This document shows, piece by piece, positions 9,949 to 17,574 of a stretch of DNA of 64,000 nt. The stretch covers positions 1-64,000 of the IMG/VR virus record IMGVR_UViG_3300033997_000478. The stretch is one strand, 5' to 3'. The position numbers and the translations under genes were made by a program. The notes beneath the pieces were generated by a model. The model had not been told where the DNA came from. It did no database searches and worked only from the letters and a program-made list of their open reading frames with translations. How positions within the stretch are numbered: position 1 is the stretch's first letter; each line of letters begins with the position of its first letter.

Positions 9949-10851
9949 ATGAGCAATATCGTCAGCCTTGACAAGTTCAAAACCGGTCGTAACTTGGACT
10001 CCGTGACGGCCTGGTTCGAGCAGTTTGCAACCGGTCCGGTATTCATGGAAATCATCCGCGGTGCTTTCGAAGCCCACTCAGATATTGACGGTGAGTATAC
10101 CCTACCGTTTAGCATCAGCGCACCGCGCATGGTGGCCGGTCAGTCACTTGACATGTGTTTCTATCGGGACGATCAGGAGTTCAGCAGTCTCACTCTAGGT
10201 TGGATGGCGGCGCCGGCGTTCGCCACTTTCGGTGTGATCCAATCCATGACACCGACCCTGGTGGAAACCACCGATCAAAGCAAGGCTTACCTGCAAAAAA
10301 CTATCGGTGAAATGCTGCTGTCCCTGAACGTCTATACCAACTTCGGTGGTGTGGGCAACTTGCTTTCCATGGCAGTTTGCCTGCTCACCGAAATGGTCAA
10401 GAGAACCGGGATGATCCACGAATACGTGGCGCCGGATGGGGATCATTTCTTCACCGCTTTCGTCACGGAGGACGGGGCTGATCCGAATGACGTAGAGCCG
10501 GAAGTTCTCACGCTGCGCATCAAGCATCAAGAATACAATCTGGTCAAGGGCCGCTTGCGGGCGCTGATGAAAACGCAGATGCCCGCAAGAGGTCCTAGCT
10601 GGGAAAATGTCGAGGGCGGCAAGATTCGTGCCAAGATTGTTTCCAGTAAGAAGCCTGAGAGTCCCCTCTTCAAGAGAGGCAAGGACAAACAAATCAACAA
10701 GTGGATCGGCGAAATCCTTACCGAGGAGATCGTCGGTAATGATCGCACTGCGATGGAGCGGTATGTCCGCAACCTTCTGTGCTGGCACGAACACTACGCC
10801 ACTTACTACAACATCGAAGGATGGTCCTATGAAGTTTCTTGGAAGGGATGA
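9949..10851 (+). CDS. Hypothetical protein
   Basis: AAGGA RBS before ATG 9949; atypical codon usage. Confidence 0.75.
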   Translation: MSNIVSLDKFKTGRNLDSVTAWFEQFATGPVFMEIIRGAFEAHSDIDGEYTLPFSISAPRMVAGQSLDMCFYRDDQEFSSLTLGWMAAPAFATFGVIQSMTPTLVETTDQSKAYLQKTIGEMLLSLNVYTNFGGVGNLLSMAVCLLTEMVKRTGMIHEYVAPDGDHFFTAFVTEDGADPNDVEPEVLTLRIKHQEYNLVKGRLRALMKTQMPARGPSWENVEGGKIRAKIVSSKKPESPLFKRGKDKQINKWIGEILTEEIVGNDRTAMERYVRNLLCWHEHYATYYNIEGWSYEVSWKG

Positions 10852-11809
10852 AGTCGTGACGTTAGCTGAGGTTCAAAAGTCTGCGGACGACCTACGCGTC
10901 ACATTCGATTTCTTTTCCACCGACGTGGGGAAGCTGCAGGAGAAATTGCAGAATAACCCGCTTTGGTTAGTCGAGACCATGTGGCGACTTCGCAAGAATG
11001 TTGGGACCGTAACGAATGAACGCGGGTTGTCTCCGGCGGCATTGGCGCGTGTCATCGGGTTATCGTTGGATCTGGAGTATCTTGAAGATCGAGTAAAGGA
11101 CTTTGCCGAACTTCTACCGGATTTCGTCAACTCCCAGGCCGAGGTAGAGTACAGGGAACTCAATGCCTTCCTGATCTCAGCTGAGAGTTCGTTTAGCATT
11201 TACGAGTTGATCATCCAGACAGCAATGATGGGCGTGTCCATTGAGAGTGAGGATCTCCCCTCGCTTTTGGACATGGAGAAGGAGGTACGGGACTACATCG
11301 ATCGGCTCGAAAAAGTTACAGTGAGCCCGAAATCGTTCTTCATGTCGATTCGGCTTATCAAGCTTCGACATCAATACGAATCCCTCTTGATGCAGTTTGA
11401 CTACGTCTCAGATCTGCAAGTCGGGTTGGAGAAAAAGCAACTCAAGAAAGCAGCCGAGCAAGCCAAGCTTTATCGCTTCTGTGACGCGCAGTCAGCAGTA
11501 GCTGCCGTCTGTCGCAAGGCCAGAGACTGGCTGGAGCAGACCTCCGACGAGCACTACGAGGAATGTTGTCGTGCTCTGGCATATGAAGTGCGGCGCGCCA
11601 TGAGTGAGTTGGGGGCGGCCACCATCGAACTTCAAGACCATCCAGGTTACGGTAAATATCGTAGCGAGTATGACGCGGCCAGTTTGACTTCCAAGTCGGT
11701 ATTGGCTTCCATCGACAAGGCTGTGCAGCATCACCAAAACAGCTTGACGCGGTGGGGACGGTTTGCCAACTGGATCGATAAGTGTCTCAGGACCAAGGAA
11801 CCCATGTGA
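10829..11809 (+). CDS. Hypothetical alpha-helical protein with an amphipathic C-terminal segment
   Basis: ATG 10829 overlaps the end of the upstream gene; helical heptad character; ends TRWGRFANWIDKCLR. Confidence 0.72.
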   Translation: MKFLGRDEVVTLAEVQKSADDLRVTFDFFSTDVGKLQEKLQNNPLWLVETMWRLRKNVGTVTNERGLSPAALARVIGLSLDLEYLEDRVKDFAELLPDFVNSQAEVEYRELNAFLISAESSFSIYELIIQTAMMGVSIESEDLPSLLDMEKEVRDYIDRLEKVTVSPKSFFMSIRLIKLRHQYESLLMQFDYVSDLQVGLEKKQLKKAAEQAKLYRFCDAQSAVAAVCRKARDWLEQTSDEHYEECCRALAYEVRRAMSELGAATIELQDHPGYGKYRSEYDAASLTSKSVLASIDKAVQHHQNSLTRWGRFANWIDKCLRTKEPM

Positions 11810-12246
11810 CTACAATTCCAGTTAAGCTTTTCAAGGATCAAATCGAAGAGTTGCACGACAAGGCCTTGGAGTTGAGCAAACATCTCGATGCCCTCGATAA
11901 TGCGTGCGATGATTCGGGGCGGAGCTTGGAGGAGCTCAAGAAGTCGATGGCACGTGCCATCGAACTGAGGGAGATCGGCAAGGCTTTGCAGCAGGAAGCC
12001 AATGAGATCACCTGCAGGGCACCGACGGCGATCTTCGAAGTCTCCGAGAGCGTGCGGCCAGCACTGAGTGCTTACTCACGGCAGGTGTACACGCTGTGCT
12101 TGACCATCTGCGCTCGAGCCGAGACTCTGTGTATGTTGACCGAGGCTCTTGTTGAGGAACACCAGATGTTCCATATCACACCGACCCGTCGATTCCGCAA
12201 TTGGCTGGGTGGGCTCTTCAGTCGAAAGGTGGCTCATCATGGTTGA
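11806..12246 (+). CDS. Hypothetical coiled-coil protein with an amphipathic C-terminus
   Basis: GTGA overlap and AAGGA RBS; ends TRRFRNWLGGLFSRK. Confidence 0.72.
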   Translation: MTTIPVKLFKDQIEELHDKALELSKHLDALDNACDDSGRSLEELKKSMARAIELREIGKALQQEANEITCRAPTAIFEVSESVRPALSAYSRQVYTLCLTICARAETLCMLTEALVEEHQMFHITPTRRFRNWLGGLFSRKVAHHG

Positions 12247-12664
12247 TGAACAAAAGCAAGTTCTTCAAGACAGCCAAATGCTTCTCATTGAAGCCAACGG
12301 TCTGGTCGAGCAAGCTCGCTACCTCCTGAACATCGCGGAAAGGAAATTGCCCCAGCGGGCAGATTGGCTGGAGTCCACCGCCCATCGACTCCGCGAGGAA
12401 GCCTGTAAGTTGATCGCAGATCACGGTGAGCTGCTCAATCGTCGTGAACCACCTGTGGACATCTACGCTCAGGCGTATTGGCGACACGCCACTGAACAAG
12501 TGGTGAATGCGCGTGAGACGGTCAGCAAGGCTTGGGTGGCAGCCACAAGCTACGCAGTGGAGCTGCGTTACCCACCAGGACCCAAGGGGTGGTGGTACGC
12601 CCTGTTGCGCGGTCTGGGGCTTCGTAAGGGCATTGACCGCAAATCGCTGGATGGTCAAACCTAG
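12239..12664 (+). CDS. Hypothetical helical protein with an amphipathic C-terminus
   Basis: Coupled to the upstream gene; ends KGWWYALLRGLGLRK. Confidence 0.72.
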   Translation: MVDEQKQVLQDSQMLLIEANGLVEQARYLLNIAERKLPQRADWLESTAHRLREEACKLIADHGELLNRREPPVDIYAQAYWRHATEQVVNARETVSKAWVAATSYAVELRYPPGPKGWWYALLRGLGLRKGIDRKSLDGQT

Positions 12665-12684
12665 ATAAACGCATTACAACCCTG

Positions 12685-12690
12685 TACTAT
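12685..12690 (+). promoter_or_regulatory. TACTAT phage-promoter-like element
   Basis: The same hexamer recurs in AT-rich intergenic DNA upstream of genes at 8554, 46881, 47001, 51324 and 62551. Confidence 0.5.
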
Positions 12691-12840
12691 CCCTTTGCAC
12701 ACAGCTGGAACAAAGCTGTTGCACCGGTGCAACACTTCGCAACACCCCTTGAATCTGCAGTAAATAGTTACCGACGAGGGTAGCTGTTATGCAGAACACG
12801 CAAAAGTTCCATTCCAACGCAACCACGAGGTTAGAACAAG

Positions 12841-13338
12841 ATGTCCACCGCAACCGAAACCAAGAAGACCACCAAGGCCGCCGCCGAAGACAACCCCCAC
12901 GGCATCTCCGACACCGTGCTGTCGCTGGCCAAGCTGATGCAGCAGAGCGGCGAACTGAAGGACGGCAAGTTCGAGCTGAACGCCGACTTCGTCAAGGACA
13001 ACCTGCCGCCGGACGTCAGCGAAGCCAGCTTCAAGCGCCACTCCCAGGTCCGTGCCGAACTCATCGCCGCCGGCGCCCTCGCGCTGTCCAACGTGGCCGG
13101 CCAGGACTTCAAGAAGCACAAAGACCACGACACCGCCTCGCTGCGCTTCAAGCTGGGCCGTGACACCGTCGACATCGACTACGACCGCGTGCGCGAGTTC
13201 AACGATGGCAAGGGCGGCAAGGTCAAGAAGCTGGGCCACGTGTCGGTGGGCTTCACCGCGGCCGGCGCCACGCCGACCGGCGACCTGGGCAAGGTCCGCA
13301 AGCACTCCAACGACGAAGCCACCCGCCTGTTCGGTTGA
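12841..13338 (+). CDS. Probably highly expressed hypothetical protein, 165 aa, Lys-rich
   Basis: Extreme C/G-ending codon bias; own upstream TACTAT element and downstream hairpin. Confidence 0.85.
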   Translation: MSTATETKKTTKAAAEDNPHGISDTVLSLAKLMQQSGELKDGKFELNADFVKDNLPPDVSEASFKRHSQVRAELIAAGALALSNVAGQDFKKHKDHDTASLRFKLGRDTVDIDYDRVREFNDGKGGKVKKLGHVSVGFTAAGATPTGDLGKVRKHSNDEATRLFG

Positions 13339-13368
13339 TCTTCGCGCCTTGCCGGCGCCACTAGGCGC

Positions 13369-13409
13369 CATACGGCAGAGGCCCATTCGTGGGCCTCTGC
13401 TGGTTATGC
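13369..13409. terminator. Hairpin flanked by CATA ... TTATGC
   Basis: Stem GCAGAGGCCCA-TTCG-TGGGCCTCTGC. Confidence 0.7.
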
Positions 13410-13441
13410 AGTACATCTTTTTTAGCTGTAGGGGGTACGTA

Positions 13442-13618
13442 GTGAATGATCTGACCTCAAGTCCGACGGCACTGATGATGATTCGTCAGTACTTGGATCG
13501 AGGCTACACGGCCGAGACCATCGCACGTGAGCTAGGGGCACCGATCAAGCGCATCAATGCGCTGGTCCACGAAGTAGAGCGTCAAGTAGCAGAGCAGAAG
13601 AATTCCACGCAAGGATAG
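13442..13618 (+). CDS. Small helix-turn-helix protein, 58 aa
   Basis: GTG start after AGGGGG; RGYTAETIARELGAPIKRINALV resembles an HTH. Confidence 0.6.
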   Translation: MNDLTSSPTALMMIRQYLDRGYTAETIARELGAPIKRINALVHEVERQVAEQKNSTQG

Positions 13619-13622
13619 GTGT

Positions 13623-14150
13623 ATGTCCGAACAACATGTCGTGCGGCTTTTCAGTATCCAAATGGGGAAGTGGCGTTTGGCCAAAGATCACGGCATCGAT
13701 CTGGTGGACACCACGCACGCTTCTCGGTTCCAACTGTTCTCACCAGTACGTGAGGCAGTGTACGCGTACAAGAACGGTACGATCGATGAGGAGGAGTACT
13801 CCAAGATCTATCGTCAGACCTTGATCAACTCTTGGCAGTCTAAGCGCCAGAACTGGATGGACTTCTTGCAGGCTGCGCCGATGAGTGCCATGGCTTGCTA
13901 CTGTGCTCCGGATAAGTTCTGTCATCGCCACCTGTTGATCAAATTCCTCGAACAGCTGTGCAAGCAGCTGAACATTCCCTTCGAATACTACGGTGAGCTT
14001 ACCGATGTTGAAAGTGCTTCGAAAACTGTGGCCGTCGTCCCCGAAGGAAAACCGCCCAGCCGGGGAACCGATCCCCAGCCAACCCCTGGCCCTGAAGCCG
14101 ACCTCCCTCAACAGCCTGCTGGTGCTGACGGAGATCCGTGGCCTCTGTGA
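13623..14150 (+). CDS. DUF488-like protein
   Basis: ACYCAPDKFCHRHLL motif after a helical segment (EEYSKIYRQTL), characteristic of DUF488-type proteins. Confidence 0.65.
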   Translation: MSEQHVVRLFSIQMGKWRLAKDHGIDLVDTTHASRFQLFSPVREAVYAYKNGTIDEEEYSKIYRQTLINSWQSKRQNWMDFLQAAPMSAMACYCAPDKFCHRHLLIKFLEQLCKQLNIPFEYYGELTDVESASKTVAVVPEGKPPSRGTDPQPTPGPEADLPQQPAGADGDPWPL

Positions 14151-14412
14151 GTTGCTCAAGCTCGATGAGACCGACCTTCGGACCTACAAGCTCTACAAGC
14201 TGATGGAAGCCGGCGAAAACGTCGCGCTCCATTTCGACGACGTCGATGCCGAAGAAATGTGGTTCCTGCTCCATACTCCGCAGAGCGTTGTCAGTGTGCG
14301 CGAGAAGCTGTGGGAAATGGTGCAGTTCCACGAAGTCGACATCGATTCCATCACAACCGCAATGTCCCAGTACAGCTGGGAACAACTGCGCAATTGGGTA
14401 GCGGCCAAATGA
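14005..14412 (+). CDS. Hypothetical protein overlapping the tail of the upstream gene
   Basis: GGTGAG RBS before ATG 14005; ATGA overlap with the next gene. Confidence 0.65.
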   Translation: MLKVLRKLWPSSPKENRPAGEPIPSQPLALKPTSLNSLLVLTEIRGLCELLKLDETDLRTYKLYKLMEAGENVALHFDDVDAEEMWFLLHTPQSVVSVREKLWEMVQFHEVDIDSITTAMSQYSWEQLRNWVAAK

Positions 14413-15197
14413 ACAACCCCGATGAAATGAATATCCTTCCCCCTTCCGAGGGGGAGGGCATTTATGACGATGAGCCGGAGCGGACCGATCCGCTCGGTGA
14501 AAAGATCAGTCCCGCTCAAGCCCGGCTGATCTATCGCATGACCATGCCGAACCTGATCATGCGGGTGCTGCGCTTCTTGTTGCCCCACGAAGCCGCCAGC
14601 CTGGCTCCAGAAGCCACGGAGAAGCTCCTGAGCGATGACATCATCGAGAAGGTGGTGTTGGGCGAGGGTACGACCTACATGCTTATCTACGAGCGTCTGG
14701 TGGCCCTGGAGGTGATCGAGGACCAGAAGCTGGGTGAGTATGCTTTGGCCTACCTGCGCAATCCCGATCCGTTGCAGGAAAAGATCGATCATAAGCTGGT
14801 CGAAGAAGAGGTGCGCTCTAATCACGCACTTGGCGTAGTTCCCACAGCGCTGACCTTCACCCCCGACGCGCAGCTGTTCAACTTCGATGAAGACAGCTTC
14901 TTGGTCCACGGCTCGCTGGTGGGTCGAGTCAAGCGCAACGGCCACACCTTGATGCGAGCTGTCGACTTCCAGTACATCTACAAGTGCGGCTGTGTGGGTG
15001 CGGTGTCTGATCCGGACGAACGCAAGAAAGTGCGCAGTCAAGCCCTCGGCGTCAGTCGCAGTGTGGTCCTGGAACACCTGCGCGATAACCCGCGTCTGTA
15101 CTTCGGCGTTTATGGCGGCTTGGAGGTGGAGTCGGTCACGTTGATCGATGTGGACATCTTCCGCGCCATGGATCACAAGGGCACCATCTTCATCTAA
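14409..15197 (+). CDS. Hypothetical protein
   Basis: ATGA coupling at 14409; biased codons. Confidence 0.75.
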   Translation: MNNPDEMNILPPSEGEGIYDDEPERTDPLGEKISPAQARLIYRMTMPNLIMRVLRFLLPHEAASLAPEATEKLLSDDIIEKVVLGEGTTYMLIYERLVALEVIEDQKLGEYALAYLRNPDPLQEKIDHKLVEEEVRSNHALGVVPTALTFTPDAQLFNFDEDSFLVHGSLVGRVKRNGHTLMRAVDFQYIYKCGCVGAVSDPDERKKVRSQALGVSRSVVLEHLRDNPRLYFGVYGGLEVESVTLIDVDIFRAMDHKGTIFI

Positions 15198-15212
15198 AGA
15201 AGGAGGTTGTGG

Positions 15213-15602
15213 ATGCAAAACACCGACTGGCTTTTCCTGATCCAAGATCGGAAGAAGACCCACAAGCTCCCGCCGGCGATGGTCTACGTCTGGGGGTCTG
15301 AGTCGAAGATGGCACGCCTACAGGTTGACCGGCGTTTCCCCAACGCAATGCTCCTGATGCAATTGGAAATCAGGGGCTTGGCCAAGCAGGGCCAGCAGTT
15401 CGTGACCCTGCACTGCGGGAAGGACAAATACCACATCGCGGTGGAGCCGGAGAACTACTTCTTCAACACCTTGATGACCGCTTACCGGGAAATGAATCCG
15501 GAGCGGTCTTGTAAGGAGTTCGTCTACGATCTGGTGCAGGCCCGCGTCTTCACCATGTCCCCTGAATCCCACGCCTTCTCAATCACCGAGCACTGGCGTT
15601 GA
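15213..15602 (+). CDS. Hypothetical protein
   Basis: AGGAGG RBS 6 nt before ATG 15213. Confidence 0.78.
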   Translation: MQNTDWLFLIQDRKKTHKLPPAMVYVWGSESKMARLQVDRRFPNAMLLMQLEIRGLAKQGQQFVTLHCGKDKYHIAVEPENYFFNTLMTAYREMNPERSCKEFVYDLVQARVFTMSPESHAFSITEHWR

Positions 15603-15618
15603 CACCCTGAGGAAACGC

Positions 15619-15975
15619 ATGTCAAGTAAAATCATCGCCATCGTCGAAGGCCAGCAGAACGCCAGCGTCCTGCCCAACCTGATCGTCATTCATGGCCATG
15701 TCGACTTCAAGGCACAAGGTGGCAATGAAAAGCCCTTCACTGCCTTGCTCCAGAACGACCAAGCGTGGAAGCTGCAGGATGTCACGCAGGGCTGGAATGA
15801 GGTTACCCCGCAGGTCCTGGAGTGGTTGAACTCTGAAGATCAGATGGTCAGGGTTCTTCTGGGCATCCATCCCGATGCGGCCATCACCTCTGCCAACCTC
15901 CACCTCACCCGTCTCATCATGTCCACGGGCATGACCTACCCCATCCAACGCCGCAAAGAGAAAACCAATGACTGA
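15619..15975 (+). CDS. Hypothetical protein
   Basis: GAGGA RBS; coupled to the next gene. Confidence 0.75.
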   Translation: MSSKIIAIVEGQQNASVLPNLIVIHGHVDFKAQGGNEKPFTALLQNDQAWKLQDVTQGWNEVTPQVLEWLNSEDQMVRVLLGIHPDAAITSANLHLTRLIMSTGMTYPIQRRKEKTND

Positions 15976-16372
15976 CATTACTGCAGGCTGCGCATCCAAC
16001 GTCTTCGCCGTCAACGACATCGAACGCTTCACCCAGCGCATGGCCGAACATCAGCCGGAAGTGGTGATCACTCCCCACTCGCCCAACGAAGCCGGTGTCC
16101 CGATGGTGAAGCTGCACACCGACTATGGTAACTGGCCGGAAGTGGATGAGATGGGCGAGACCCATGCGAACTTCTACCAGATCCTGATCGATCACACCAA
16201 CGATGGTGAAGTTGTGTTGAGCACGGTCAGCATCATGGGGCCGGGTAATATCCACTTCGAGTCCACCCTCGTTCGGCGTGAGGAACTGCTGCCGGGTCTT
16301 TACGAACCGGTGCTGTGCAGCATCCGTCTGGCCGACATCGAACGCCTGCAGGATTTCATCAGCTACCTGTAA
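15968..16372 (+). CDS. Hypothetical protein
   Basis: Overlapping start; followed by a UUCG hairpin. Confidence 0.78.
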   Translation: MTDITAGCASNVFAVNDIERFTQRMAEHQPEVVITPHSPNEAGVPMVKLHTDYGNWPEVDEMGETHANFYQILIDHTNDGEVVLSTVSIMGPGNIHFESTLVRREELLPGLYEPVLCSIRLADIERLQDFISYL

Positions 16373-16380
16373 ACGTGTTG

Positions 16381-16411
16381 CCCCCTGCCTTCGGGCAGGG
16401 GGTTTATGTCG
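16381..16411 (+). terminator. UUCG hairpin followed by TTTATGTCG
   Basis: CCCCCTGCC-TTCG-GGCAGGGGG just after the stop at 16372. Confidence 0.75.
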
Positions 16412-16599
16412 GCTTCTTTCTTTTTTGGTTTCGGCGGCATAAAACCCCGCCCTCTTGCGAGGGCGGGGCGAGGTCCCCAAGGGTAGCGAATCCTTGGATC
16501 GGGTTGCCGTCGGTTGGGGGAGAGCGGTCCCGCGACGGCGCCAGATGCTTTCAACGAGAGATGTCAGCAGATGTCGATGCGCTTCTTACATACCATAGG

Positions 16600-16632
16600 G
16601 CATAAAGCGGGAGGTTTCCCTCCCGCCTATGC
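16600..16632 (-). terminator. Hairpin downstream of the tail tube gene, flanked by GCATAA ... CTATGC
   Basis: GCGGGAGG-TTTC-CCTCCCGC (GAAA loop on the minus strand). Confidence 0.7.
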
Positions 16633-16647
16633 TTGGTACGGTTGTCC

Positions 16648-17529
16648 TTACGGACGCGGAACGGTGTTGCCGCTGGTGGCGACGCGACGCGCCTGCTCCA
16701 TGTAGCCGTTCGGCACATCGGCCACGTACGGGTCGATGCGGCTGGTGAAGGCGTTCTGGGTCAGGTACGGGTTCATGCCGGTCATGACCATCGCGCTCAG
16801 ACGCTCCTGCGCGAAGTCGATGACACGCTGGCCGACCTGGGTCAGGGCGGTGAACTCGACGTTGTAGTCGAGCGACTCGCCTGCCTGGGTCAGATCACGG
16901 CGACCGGTGGTCTCGGCGATCTGGTTGTTCGGCCGCATGTTGGTGCACAGCCATGCTTCCTGGACCTTGGTGAAGGTCGGATCCGGCTCGAAGAAGAGCA
17001 CGGTCATGGCGGTGTAGTCGGGCAGCAGGTCGTTCGGACGGCGGCCGGAGGCGATGATGCCAGGTGCCTTGGTGATGGGATCCATCATCAGCATCTGGAC
17101 CCAGCCGTTCAGGAAGGCCTTGATCGGCTTGCCGTACTTTTCGGTCCAGGTGAAGGCCGGCACCGAACGGGTGCGGGTCACGTTGGACAGGTCCTGCTGC
17201 ATTTCGCCAGCGCCACCCACAGCGTTCTCGACGTGCTCGACGTTCAGGGTCGAGTTGAGGCCGTCGATGGACTTCGGGTGGACCTCGACCAGGGCCTTCA
17301 GAGTCTGTTCCCAGATCTCCGGATTGTCCAGGTCGCGGAAGCCGCGCGGAGCGGCGATCAGCAGGGCGATGATGTTCCGACGCACGTAGGCCGCGTTGTT
17401 CACGTAGGCCGCGAAGTCGGTCATGATGCCCATCTGGCCGCCGATGGCCGGATTCAGCATCGGAGCCTGGGTCTGCTTGCCGAAGGCGTTGCTACCCAGG
17501 ATCGTGCCTTGGATGCGAGTGTTGCTCAT
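16648..17529 (-). CDS. Tail tube protein (phiKZ gp30-like)
   Basis: 293 aa, directly downstream of the sheath gene; strong codon bias; size and position as in phiKZ-like phages. Confidence 0.8.
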   Translation of the reverse strand: MSNTRIQGTILGSNAFGKQTQAPMLNPAIGGQMGIMTDFAAYVNNAAYVRRNIIALLIAAPRGFRDLDNPEIWEQTLKALVEVHPKSIDGLNSTLNVEHVENAVGGAGEMQQDLSNVTRTRSVPAFTWTEKYGKPIKAFLNGWVQMLMMDPITKAPGIIASGRRPNDLLPDYTAMTVLFFEPDPTFTKVQEAWLCTNMRPNNQIAETTGRRDLTQAGESLDYNVEFTALTQVGQRVIDFAQERLSAMVMTGMNPYLTQNAFTSRIDPYVADVPNGYMEQARRVATSGNTVPRP

Positions 17530-17574
17530 TGTCTTAGTTTCCTCGAGTCGTAGTCAGACTGTGGTGAGGGCCCA

